A DNA stretch of 40,359 bases, taken from the NCBI GenBank assembly GCA_964454175.1, contig CAYVSA010000008.1:1-40359 (forward strand), written 5' to 3'. A program made the translations under genes and the position numbers. Source of the DNA: an uncultured Pseudomonadota bacterium (lineage in GTDB: Bacteria > BMS3Abin14). The notes under the pieces were generated by a model. The model was not told the origin of the DNA. It saw only the letters and a list, made by a program, of their open reading frames with translations, and made no database searches. Of this stretch, positions 8,792-17,711 are shown in pieces; the stretch's first letter is position 1, and each line of letters starts with the position of its first letter.

Positions 8792-9865
8792 CTACTCTTT
8801 TGGGAAAAGGGAAAATATCATGTCAGTCAGGATTCGTTCTCCTGAAAAGAACGCCGGTTCTGCTACCAGTGCAAAGCATGGCAGACCTGACTTTAGGGCT
8901 GGCCATCTGACAAGATCTTTTTCCGTGGTAAGGAGTAATTCTGCACCGGAGTCTCTTGCCTTCTGATTCACCTCGAGCACATCCTGCGCAGTGAAAAAAT
9001 GGTGGTCAGGATACCTGGCATGGCCCGTTATTACTACAGACATATCTTCAGCAAGTGTTTCAAAGGACTGGGGATCCGCTATACCGGAAACCAGAAAAAC
9101 TTTTTTTTCACTAATATGGTGGAGGGGGGACAGATCTCCTGATCCCGCCCGCCTCAGCCTGACAGCTTCGTAGCTTGACCAGCATATCGGTGCGTTTGTG
9201 ACCTTGGCGATGGATCCCGCAAGATCGGGATCGGTCCCTGCGGCCTTGGTGATGATAACAGCATCAGCAAGACCCAGCCTGCGAACAGGTTCCCTCAGGA
9301 TCCCTGCCGGCAGAAGCCGACCGTTTCCGAACCTCCTGGCAAAGTCCACCGCTACTATATCCAGGTCCCTTGCCAGAGAATAGTGCTGGAAACCATCATC
9401 CAGAAGGAATATGTCCACGTCTCCATCCTCGAGTGCAGCAACAGCCGCCTCATACCTGCTGTTGGAGACATAAACCGGGACACCTGTTGTATCAAACAGG
9501 AGACACGGTTCGTCCCCGTGGATCGAGGCATCGGGCGCACTCTGCCGGCCAGGCCCACCAAGGACATGTAAACCTGTGGACTTCCTCCCGTACCCCCTGG
9601 TCAGGATCACCGCCCTTTTCCCTTCTCGCGCAAGCCTCGTGGCAAGCCAGGCGACCAGGGGCGTTTTACCGCCGCCACCCACAGTGATGTTCCCAACACT
9701 GACTACAGGGGTATCAAGGCTCCTTTTGCGGCGCATCCCCACCGCAAAAAGACCCCTGTTGATGGCGGCCAAAAGTCCATAGAAAGCCGACAGGACGATA
9801 AGAAGGCCGGCTACAGCCGGCTTTGGGTTTTCAACCCTCTTTTCAAATCTTCTGCGATCCAGCAT
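8792..9865 (-). CDS. lpxK: Tetraacyldisaccharide 4'-kinase
   Basis: VGNITVGGGGKTP, GDEP, LDDGFQH, LPAGILRE, YPDHH, TTEKD motifs. Confidence 0.95.
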   Translation of the reverse strand: MLDRRRFEKRVENPKPAVAGLLIVLSAFYGLLAAINRGLFAVGMRRKRSLDTPVVSVGNITVGGGGKTPLVAWLATRLAREGKRAVILTRGYGRKSTGLHVLGGPGRQSAPDASIHGDEPCLLFDTTGVPVYVSNSRYEAAVAALEDGDVDIFLLDDGFQHYSLARDLDIVAVDFARRFGNGRLLPAGILREPVRRLGLADAVIITKAAGTDPDLAGSIAKVTNAPICWSSYEAVRLRRAGSGDLSPLHHISEKKVFLVSGIADPQSFETLAEDMSVVITGHARYPDHHFFTAQDVLEVNQKARDSGAELLLTTEKDLVRWPALKSGLPCFALVAEPAFFSGERILTDMIFSLFPKE

Positions 9866-9943
9866 CAATCCCTGTTCGCATCAGCGGGGCCGGTGCCGTT
9901 GTGCTCTACTGGCGCAACCGGCTGGCGGCAGGCGAGCGGCCTG

Positions 9944-10114
9944 TCAGTCAAGAGATTCGGCTTCGTCGATGAGCATGACAGGGATGCCGTCTTCCACCCG
10001 GTATCTGAGGCGGCATGAAGAGCACACGATCCCTGTCTCCTCTGCCTCAAGCTCGACTTCACCCTTGCACTTGGGGCAGGCCAGAATATCCATGAGTTCC
10101 TTACTCACTGTCAT
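9944..10114 (-). CDS. Trm112/YcaR-family small zinc-binding protein
   Basis: LMDILACPKCKG...CSSC...YRVEDGIPVML; start ATG 10114 behind AAGGAG; the usual neighbour of lpxK. Confidence 0.9.
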   Translation of the reverse strand: MTVSKELMDILACPKCKGEVELEAEETGIVCSSCRLRYRVEDGIPVMLIDEAESLD

Positions 10115-10233
10115 AACCCATCTCCTTGCATAGATCCTGTAGACACATAGCACGCTTGCTTTTGATTATCTCAATTCATGAGGCCCTATAAACTGGCCCC
10201 CATCCTTTAATATTACATGACCTTGGACATGAA

Positions 10234-10917
10234 CTACAAATACCCCACTATCCTGTCGGCATCATCCTGAAGATCCAGGAGTACTTTCTGGATCATCCGG
10301 CTGTCTCTTTCAAGCGCCTCCTCACTGGTATCACTGTCGAGGAAGATCGGGCTCCCATAGATCACCACCGCCCGGCTGAATGGATATGGCAGCATGTACC
10401 TGTCCCACGCTCTGGAAAAGATCCGTGCCGGTTTGGCTGATGAAATGAGCGGGAGTAGGGGCGCCCCGACTTTTTTAGCCAGAAATACAGCACCGGGCTT
10501 GGCCTCATTTATCGGCCCGCGGGGGCCGTCCACGGCAAAGGTCGAATGATACCCGTCCTTCATCAGTTTTTTGAGGCCTATCAGCCCTTTTGCCCCTCCC
10601 CGCGAGGCAGATCCCCGGACGATCTTATACCCGAACCCGGAGAGCGTCCTTGCCTGGAGTTCGCCGTCCCTGCTGAGGCTGGACATAACGCTTACTTTTC
10701 GTCCCCTGAGGTGGTCCACAAGGATGAATTGCCTTCCGTGAAAAAAGACGATCACCGCCTCCTGCCCACTGGACTCGAGATCATCGATCGCCTCAACACC
10801 ATTAACAGTAATGGACGCCGTCCTGCAGATCGTCCTTATCATGGTACGGGCAAACCTGGGGATGAACCATCCCCCGAATCCGAGCCTCTCGCCGCCATCT
10901 GCAGGTGACAAATCCAT
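10234..10917 (-). CDS. DUF374 lysophospholipid acyltransferase family protein (LpxJ-like)
   Basis: FFHGRQ, SLSRDGE, RGSASRGG, DGPRGP, WDRYMLPYPF motifs; GGAGG RBS. Confidence 0.85.
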   Translation of the reverse strand: MDLSPADGGERLGFGGWFIPRFARTMIRTICRTASITVNGVEAIDDLESSGQEAVIVFFHGRQFILVDHLRGRKVSVMSSLSRDGELQARTLSGFGYKIVRGSASRGGAKGLIGLKKLMKDGYHSTFAVDGPRGPINEAKPGAVFLAKKVGAPLLPLISSAKPARIFSRAWDRYMLPYPFSRAVVIYGSPIFLDSDTSEEALERDSRMIQKVLLDLQDDADRIVGYL

Positions 10918-11062
10918 TCCTCCCGGGTCGCGGACCTGAAGCCCGTAAATTCCGGTGATAGAGATTTACTCCGGCCGTACCATAAAACCTGTGTAAGCAG
11001 CATCAACACTGTTATCAGGCGCTGCCTGCCCTGGTGATCCGTTACGAGTCCCCGGGAAACAT

Positions 11063-12814
11063 CTACTTTGCGGCCACATCCTCTACCAGTAAAGAGTAGA
11101 GCCGTGCGTATTCACCATCTCCATTCAGCAGATCAGCGTGTAATCCGGACTCCACGATCATCCCGTCTGAGACCACAAGTATCCTGTCCGCGTTGCGGAC
11201 GGTGGATATCCTGTGAGCAATTACCAGGGTCGTCCTGCCCTCTACCAGGTTGTCCAGAGCTTTGGCCACAAGATATTCAGACTCGGTGTCAAGAGAAGAT
11301 GTGGCTTCATCCAGGATCAGTATCGGTGAATCCTTCAAAATGGCTCTGGTAATTGAAAGCCTCTGCCGCTGCCCTCCCGAAAGGCTCGTACCCCTTTCTC
11401 CGATAATCGTATCGAGGCCATTGGGGAGTTTGATGACAAAATCATATGCATAAGCTGCCTTCAGTGCTTCTTCCACTTCCTTTTCATCGGTGTCAGGAAG
11501 ACCGTAGCAGATATTCTGCCGGACCGATTCGTTAAACAAAACCACTTCCTGAGATACTATTGAGACCTGGTTCCGGAGACTTTTCTGGGTGATCATGCGC
11601 ACATCGTAGTCATCGATCCTCACCGAACCCTCGTTAACATCGAAAAATCTGGGTATCAGATTCACAAGGGTCGTCTTTCCACCGCCGCTCGTCCCCACAA
11701 TAGCGAGTTTTGTTCCCGGCTCGATGCGCAGGTTTATGTCCCGGAGTACCCAATCCCTGCCGTAGCGAAAACTGACGTTGTCAAACTCTATGAGTCCAGT
11801 GGATCGTTCCAGTTCAATGGCATCGGGGGCGTCGTCCACTTCAGGTGCAATATCGAAAAGATCGAATACTCTTTCGGCCGCAGCCAGGCCCTGCTGCATG
11901 ACGTTGTTGACCTCGTTAATGTGCTTGACCGGTTCATACATGAGTATGAGGGCAGAAAGGAAAGAGAAGAAATCACCCACTGTCATGCTTCCCCTCATCA
12001 CCATCGTTCCCCCGACCCAAATGATGAGGGACGCCGAGGCGGCTCCAACAAATTCCATGACCGGCTGGGAAAGCGCCCTGACCTTCTGGACTTTCAGGAA
12101 AGTTCCCACCAGCGCATCGTTCTCCTCTTTGAACCTTTCAAGCTCTGATTCTTCGGCACCCGATGCCTTAACAAGGCCCATCCCCGAGATCCTCTCCTGC
12201 ATGAGCTTGTTAAGATCCCCCATCTGTTCCTGAGACCTTGTGCTGGCCCTCTTCATCATGCTGCCGAACCTGACCATGGGTATCATGGCAAAGGGAAAAC
12301 CCAGAAGCCCGAGGGCGCCGAGTGTAGGATTCCTGTAAAGCGCAACGCCCGCAAGGGCAATGACTGTCAGTACGTCCCTGACCGCTCCTGTCAGGGCGTC
12401 AGTGATCGCGCTCTGGATCATGGATACATCATAGGTCACCCTGGACATCAGAATGCCGGTGGGAGTCTCAGTGAAGTAGGACATGGAGAGCCTGTGGAGG
12501 TGTTTGTAAAGATCGTTCCTGATGTCCCTGATTATCCTTATGCCGGCGGCGTTCATGACGTAGGTCCTGATGTACCTGCACACGCCTTTTACAAGGTAAA
12601 CGATGAGTATGGCCACCGGTACGAGGACCAGCATTTTTTCGTCCTGTGTGATGAAAACGTCGTCGAGGACGTTCTTCATCAGAAGCGCTATCCCGGCAGT
12701 ACTTCCGGCGATACCGATCATTGCCAGTGCGGAGATAACCAGCTGCCAAACGTAAGGTTTCACGTATATAAACAAGCGGCCGTAGATCCGGGCCATGTGT
12801 CTTAATTTACCCAT
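11063..12814 (-). CDS. msbA: Lipid A flippase ABC transporter
   Basis: TM domain plus GTSGGGKT Walker A, LSGGQRQR signature, ILDEATS Walker B; start moved to ATG 12814 just after the lpxB stop. Confidence 0.9.
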   Translation of the reverse strand: MGKLRHMARIYGRLFIYVKPYVWQLVISALAMIGIAGSTAGIALLMKNVLDDVFITQDEKMLVLVPVAILIVYLVKGVCRYIRTYVMNAAGIRIIRDIRNDLYKHLHRLSMSYFTETPTGILMSRVTYDVSMIQSAITDALTGAVRDVLTVIALAGVALYRNPTLGALGLLGFPFAMIPMVRFGSMMKRASTRSQEQMGDLNKLMQERISGMGLVKASGAEESELERFKEENDALVGTFLKVQKVRALSQPVMEFVGAASASLIIWVGGTMVMRGSMTVGDFFSFLSALILMYEPVKHINEVNNVMQQGLAAAERVFDLFDIAPEVDDAPDAIELERSTGLIEFDNVSFRYGRDWVLRDINLRIEPGTKLAIVGTSGGGKTTLVNLIPRFFDVNEGSVRIDDYDVRMITQKSLRNQVSIVSQEVVLFNESVRQNICYGLPDTDEKEVEEALKAAYAYDFVIKLPNGLDTIIGERGTSLSGGQRQRLSITRAILKDSPILILDEATSSLDTESEYLVAKALDNLVEGRTTLVIAHRISTVRNADRILVVSDGMIVESGLHADLLNGDGEYARLYSLLVEDVAAK

Positions 12815-12818
12815 AGTG

Positions 12819-13958
12819 TCAGATCGCAAAGGTCTCCAGGGCAGTCCTGGCAGCTGTGAGGGACGCCCCCTCACCCCGCAGTGCCTGCCTCACCTCGTTT
12901 CCCGCTTCGGTATAGTTTCGCCGGGCGTCTTCACTCATCAGCAGACCCAGGCTCTCCATGGCAAGTCTCTCCGGTATGACCTGGTCCTGGAGAAGCTCGA
13001 CAACAACATCTCTTCCCGTGAGCAGGTTGGGCAGACTGACCCTGGGAACGTTGAGCATCCTCATGCCGATAAAATACGTCAACCGCGAGGTCTTGTAGGC
13101 CACGACCTGAGGGGCCCCGAGAAGAAAAGCTTCCAGTGTGGCGGTGCCCGAGGTCACCAGGGATACGTCCGCCGCCCTGAGAACCTGTCTCGACTCACCC
13201 TCAACAACGGTAACGTCCAGGCCGCTATCAGCAATGATCCGCCTGATCATCTCATCGGGAGCAGTGGATGCCCTGGGCAGGAAAAACCGGACGGGACCTT
13301 CCAGTTCCGCAAGGATCAGGCTGCACGCTTCCAGAAACACAGGAAGGAGCCTCTGCACCTCCGCCGGCCGGCTGCCCGGCAGGATCCCCACGACCTTCCC
13401 GGCCCCGTTGAGGGAATGTCTCCGGCGGAACTGTTCGTAGCTGCTGTCCTGTTTGAGAAAATCCATGATCGGATTGCCCACATATGTAACTGGAACCCCC
13501 TGTTCCCTGAAAAACTCCTCCTCGAAGGGGAAAATGGCCAGTATCCTGTCAACGCATCTGCGGAGCTTTCCTATCCTTCCCTTCCTTGATACCCAGAGTT
13601 TTGGTGCGACATAATACACCACGGGCACTCCCGCTTCTTTCGCCTTTTGGGCCAGAGTCATATTCATGCCGGGAAAATCAATGACCACGAGGCCATCGGG
13701 TGGATTGTGGAGAAGTTCGGTACTCAGGCGCTTTTTTATGCGCAGCAGGGGGCGTATTCGGCTGATTATCTCTGCTATCCCCATGACAGATAGATCTTTT
13801 ATGTCAGCTATCAGATTAACCCCGGCCCCGCGCATCTCATCCCCTCCGGCACCGTAAAGTGAGATGCCGGGGACCAGATCCCTGAATGACCGTGCAAGGC
13901 TTCCCCCGTACATATCTCCCGAGGCTTCGCCGGCCACCATCATGACCCTCTTGTTCAC
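12819..13958 (-). CDS. lpxB: Lipid A disaccharide synthase
   Basis: VAGEASGD, IDFPG, IFPFE, LPGSR, SGTATLE, LPNLL motifs; GTG start at 13958 overlaps the lpxI TGA. Confidence 0.95.
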   Translation of the reverse strand: MNKRVMMVAGEASGDMYGGSLARSFRDLVPGISLYGAGGDEMRGAGVNLIADIKDLSVMGIAEIISRIRPLLRIKKRLSTELLHNPPDGLVVIDFPGMNMTLAQKAKEAGVPVVYYVAPKLWVSRKGRIGKLRRCVDRILAIFPFEEEFFREQGVPVTYVGNPIMDFLKQDSSYEQFRRRHSLNGAGKVVGILPGSRPAEVQRLLPVFLEACSLILAELEGPVRFFLPRASTAPDEMIRRIIADSGLDVTVVEGESRQVLRAADVSLVTSGTATLEAFLLGAPQVVAYKTSRLTYFIGMRMLNVPRVSLPNLLTGRDVVVELLQDQVIPERLAMESLGLLMSEDARRNYTEAGNEVRQALRGEGASLTAARTALETFAI

Positions 13959-14794
13959 GTCAGACCCCGCAGATACCCCTCGTCCACTGAGATGAGGCTG
14001 ACACCATTTTCCCGGCACAACCGCAGGACCTGCTCTCTGTCCAGAAGAATGCATTTTCCCGCTTCCAGAACCAGGTGTCCACCTCCAGCCTGTGCCATGG
14101 CCATAACTGTTTCGGGTCCCAGAGTGGGCACATCAAACCTGAAATCGTGATCCTCCGCTGAAACCTTGACTGCCACGATACCACCCCCGGCAAGGCGGCC
14201 GCCGCGCCGGATCGCTTCGTCCGTGCCTTCAAGAGCTTCTACGGCCACTACGGACATGTTCTTGACAACGACTGTCTGCCCGATATCGAGCCCTGCCGCC
14301 TTTTTTGCCAGATTCCATCCGAAGGTGATGTCTCTTAATCGGATCTCATCGGGGTCGCCGCCGGCCAGGACACCGGGCTCGGGGAACATTTCCGGTACCA
14401 GGCTTGTTGAATCGACAACCGAGAAACCCTCTTTTGCAAGGACCTCCGTAAGTGCCCTTAAAATTGTGTGCCCCCTGAGGTCCTCCAGTGAGGAGAGCAG
14501 GCCCGCAAGGCCCGGGTCCATTGGGCCGGACTCCATATGGGTTATGTGATCGATCTTCCCCGCAAGTAGAAGATCTCTGATGCCGTCTTCCCTCAGGGCA
14601 GTGAGGATCTCCCGGAACTGACCAACCTCAAACCACTGGACTTTCCTGCCTTTCAGAGCAAGTGCAGCTGAAGCCTCACCCTCGAGGGCAATAACGAAAA
14701 CACGGCGGCCGGCCCGTTCCGCAGCGTCAGCAAGCTCCACAGGCAGTTCACCCTGACCGGCAATGATCCCCAGCGGTGCAGGGGTGTCTGTCAT
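13955..14794 (-). CDS. lpxI: UDP-2,3-diacylglucosamine diphosphatase LpxI
   Basis: GIIAGQGELP, DIGQTVVV, EALEGTD, DFRFDVPTLG motifs; lies between lpxA and lpxB. Confidence 0.92.
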   Translation of the reverse strand: MTDTPAPLGIIAGQGELPVELADAAERAGRRVFVIALEGEASAALALKGRKVQWFEVGQFREILTALREDGIRDLLLAGKIDHITHMESGPMDPGLAGLLSSLEDLRGHTILRALTEVLAKEGFSVVDSTSLVPEMFPEPGVLAGGDPDEIRLRDITFGWNLAKKAAGLDIGQTVVVKNMSVVAVEALEGTDEAIRRGGRLAGGGIVAVKVSAEDHDFRFDVPTLGPETVMAMAQAGGGHLVLEAGKCILLDREQVLRLCRENGVSLISVDEGYLRGLT

Positions 14795-15585
14795 CTGGTG
14801 ACGCCTCGCTCGGAATTTTTCAGGAAATCCACGAGGTGAGAGACTGCTTCGGATTCCGGGACATTGTGGCCGATCTCCTCCAGGGCCTTTTCCAGTGATA
14901 ACCCCGATTTAAAAAGGGTCCTGTAGGCGTTTTTCAGGCTGCTTATGGACTCCTCGCTCATACCGCTTCGCTTTAACCCTATTAAATTTAGACCGGAGAG
15001 CCTGGCTCGTACGCCCTGAACGGTGGTATAGGGGGCAACGTCCATATTTACGTAAGAGTGAGCAGCAAGCATGGCCAGGGAGCCTACCCTGCAGAACTGA
15101 TGCACACCCGACATCCCCCCCAGGAATGCATTTTTCTCCACGGTCACATGGCCGGCAAGGGTCGCCTGGTTGGCCATGATAACGCCATCCTCGAGGAAGC
15201 AGTCGTGAGCCACATGGCAGTAGGCCATTATGAGGATCCCGTTGCCAAGTCGGGTCACCATACCACCGCCCTCGGTCCCCTTGTTAATCGTAACGCATTC
15301 CCTGATAGTGTTCCCGTCCCCGATAATCAGCTCGCTGTCCTCACCTCCGAATTTGAGATCTTGAGGGTCCGCGCCCACTGAAGCGTACGGGAAAATACGG
15401 TTGTTCCTGCCTATTGTTGTTCTGCCGCCGATTACCACATGGGAATCAACGACCGTTTTAGAAGCTATCCTGACGTTGGGCCCTATTATCGAGAAGGGAC
15501 CGACACCGACATCCTCGTCAAGCTGAGCTCCAGGATGAATTAAGGCCTTCGGGTCCACAACAGGTTTTGTGTCATTTCCCGACAT
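14791..15585 (-). CDS. lpxA: UDP-GlcNAc O-acyltransferase
   Basis: Hexapeptide repeats, PQDLKF, IRECVTINKGT, HVAHDC, HQF motifs. Confidence 0.97.
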   Translation of the reverse strand: MSGNDTKPVVDPKALIHPGAQLDEDVGVGPFSIIGPNVRIASKTVVDSHVVIGGRTTIGRNNRIFPYASVGADPQDLKFGGEDSELIIGDGNTIRECVTINKGTEGGGMVTRLGNGILIMAYCHVAHDCFLEDGVIMANQATLAGHVTVEKNAFLGGMSGVHQFCRVGSLAMLAAHSYVNMDVAPYTTVQGVRARLSGLNLIGLKRSGMSEESISSLKNAYRTLFKSGLSLEKALEEIGHNVPESEAVSHLVDFLKNSERGVTR

Positions 15586-16067
15586 CAGCCATCCTTTTGA
15601 GAAGATTCTTCCGAATCATCCCTGTCAATGAGCATAGCCTTGATGTCAGCTTCGGCAACAAGCGAATCATCCACGAAAGCTTTGCAGGAAAACCCCCAAA
15701 CAGTTTTCCTGCTTCTGGTTATGACGACCTCGTTTCGGAGCTGGTCGCCGGGCACGACCGGCTTGCGGAATTTAACGTTGTCCATCCCGAGAAAATAAAC
15801 CACCTTGTTCTGAATCTCTTTTTCAAGATCTTCCCTGTTGGAAGTTGACAAAAAAGCCAGGATCCCGGCTACCTGAGCCATGGATTCGATAATAAGCACA
15901 CCAGGCATCACCGGATGGCCAGGAAAATGCCCCTGGAAAAACTCCTCGTTAAAGGTCACGTTCTTTATACCGACCCCTTTTTCGTTGGGAATAATTTCCA
16001 CTATCCTGTCCACCAGCAGGAAGGGGTACCTGTGGGGGAGTATTTCCATAATCCGCCTGACATCCAT
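15585..16067 (-). CDS. fabZ: 3-hydroxyacyl-ACP dehydratase
   Basis: LPHRYPFLLVD, FQGHFPGHPVMPGVLIIESMAQ, FRKPVVPGD motifs. Confidence 0.97.
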   Translation of the reverse strand: MDVRRIMEILPHRYPFLLVDRIVEIIPNEKGVGIKNVTFNEEFFQGHFPGHPVMPGVLIIESMAQVAGILAFLSTSNREDLEKEIQNKVVYFLGMDNVKFRKPVVPGDQLRNEVVITRSRKTVWGFSCKAFVDDSLVAEADIKAMLIDRDDSEESSQKDG

Positions 16068-17110
16068 TATCTTCCCTCTCCTTTGTCATCGTCCTCCAGT
16101 TTTGCGACCAACTTTTCCAGTTTCCTCATCTTTTTTCTCATGGTCCCCAGGCCGGCCGCGAGGACAGTTCTCTTGCGCCACTCGGCAGCGTCCGTAGCAG
16201 GGTATCCGGCGACACTGGAACCGGGTGGAACATCTTTAAGAACGACCGAGTTGGCAAGCAGTGTTGCACCCTCACCTACCTTGAGGTGACCAACAACACC
16301 TGATCGTCCGGCCATTGTGACTCCATCCTCGAGCGTTACGCTCCCGGCAAGACCAACGAATGAGACCAGGACGCAGTCCCTGCCTATCTTCACATTATGC
16401 CCAACCTGGATCAGGTTGTCTAACTTCGTCCCCTGCCCTATGATGGTCTGCCCCATTACAGCCCTGTCGACAGCACAGCATGCCCCGATCTCCACATCAT
16501 CTTCGATCAGGACTGTCCCGGCATGTATTATTTTCCTGCAGCTGCGCCCCTTTCTGGCGTAACCAAATCCATCGCTTCCAACAACTGATCCAGCGTGGAT
16601 CACGACCCTGTCACCAAGGATCACTCCCTCTTCCAGAGTTACATTGGGGTGGATCATACAATCGTCGCCAACCCTGGCACCGGGCCCAACATACGAACCC
16701 GGCATGAGTGTTGTCCTGTCCCCGATACAAGCGCCCTCGCTGACAACAACAGATGCTCCCACGCTCGGTTCACTGCCGATAGTTGCCTTTTCATGAACGA
16801 TCGCAGATGGACTGATGCCCGATGCCTTGTACTCTTTGCCATAAAAGATCTCCATGGCAGCGGCAAATCCAAGGTACGCGTCTTTTACCCTGATGAGGTT
16901 CTTTCCTTCTGCCTCTACGCCTCTGGAAGCAATGATGCCTCCGGCGTTTGTGGACTCGAGATCCTCGCGATACCTGGGATTGGAAAAGAAGGACAGGTCA
17001 CGGGGTCCAGCCTCCTCAAGGGACTTGATGTCTGTGACTTCAAGATTACCGTCCCCGACCACCTCTCCTTCCAGGAGGCCGGCAATTTTACGCAGTGTAA
17101 ACTTTCTCAA
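16067..17110 (-). CDS. lpxD: UDP-3-O-acylglucosamine N-acyltransferase
   Basis: GSDGFGY, DDVEIGA, TKLDNLIQVGHNV motifs and hexapeptide repeats. Confidence 0.96.
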   Translation of the reverse strand: MRKFTLRKIAGLLEGEVVGDGNLEVTDIKSLEEAGPRDLSFFSNPRYREDLESTNAGGIIASRGVEAEGKNLIRVKDAYLGFAAAMEIFYGKEYKASGISPSAIVHEKATIGSEPSVGASVVVSEGACIGDRTTLMPGSYVGPGARVGDDCMIHPNVTLEEGVILGDRVVIHAGSVVGSDGFGYARKGRSCRKIIHAGTVLIEDDVEIGACCAVDRAVMGQTIIGQGTKLDNLIQVGHNVKIGRDCVLVSFVGLAGSVTLEDGVTMAGRSGVVGHLKVGEGATLLANSVVLKDVPPGSSVAGYPATDAAEWRKRTVLAAGLGTMRKKMRKLEKLVAKLEDDDKGEGR

Positions 17111-17655
17111 TTGCCGCTCCCGCCTGAGCCCTGGTGATCCTCGTTGTATATTTTGACGACTCTTTCCGTCAGATCCAGGCTGTCGATAGCGTAGATGATC
17201 CCACCGCTGTTCTTTTCAAGCATGACTGTGTAGCCTTCATCCTGCCCGATCTTCCTGGCTATCTCAACCAGGCCTTTGAGTATTCTTCCCGACAGCGCCT
17301 GGTTCTCCTTTTCCTCTTCCTGTTTGGAAACGGTCAGGAACTCTATAATCTCCTGTTTCTTGGCCCGGTATTTCTCCTGGAGATCGGAAAGGGCTTCTTT
17401 GGAAAGGACCGGACTTTTCAGTTTGTCCTCCATGGCTTTCAATTCCTCCTGCATGGAGTCGAGCTTGTCCTGCTTTGCGGAGTGCCTGGTTTTCAGGCTC
17501 TTCTTTGCCGCCATGCCCTCAGTTGTAGCATTCAGGGCCTTCTGCAGATCAACAATACCTATCTTGACAATTGACGCGGCCTGGACCGTTGCCGGGAGCA
17601 TTGCAAGCGCCGAAACCAGTACCACGGATAAAACAGATCCAGCAAAATACTTCAT
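17107..17655 (-). CDS. skp: Skp/OmpH periplasmic chaperone
   Basis: Signal peptide, KIGIVDLQKAL, coiled coil, DLTERVV C-terminus; ATG 17655 behind AGGAGG; located between bamA and lpxD. Confidence 0.9.
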   Translation of the reverse strand: MKYFAGSVLSVVLVSALAMLPATVQAASIVKIGIVDLQKALNATTEGMAAKKSLKTRHSAKQDKLDSMQEELKAMEDKLKSPVLSKEALSDLQEKYRAKKQEIIEFLTVSKQEEEKENQALSGRILKGLVEIARKIGQDEGYTVMLEKNSGGIIYAIDSLDLTERVVKIYNEDHQGSGGSGN

Positions 17656-17711
17656 ATCGATATTCCTCCTTTTATTACACAGCGAGATCACATTATTCGC
17701 CAGATGAAAAC

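Noticed and set aside
9869-9943. GC-rich spacer with GCCGGT/ACCGGC inverted repeat, and the 65-aa ORF 9865-10062
   Set aside because: Short stem expected by chance, no U-tract; the ORF overlaps Trm112 out of frame
10918-11062. TCCCGGG/CCCGGGA ends of the msbA-DUF374 spacer, possibly sequestering the RBS
   Set aside because: Only 7 bp, built on a palindromic CCCGGG core; not enough to call a regulatory RNA
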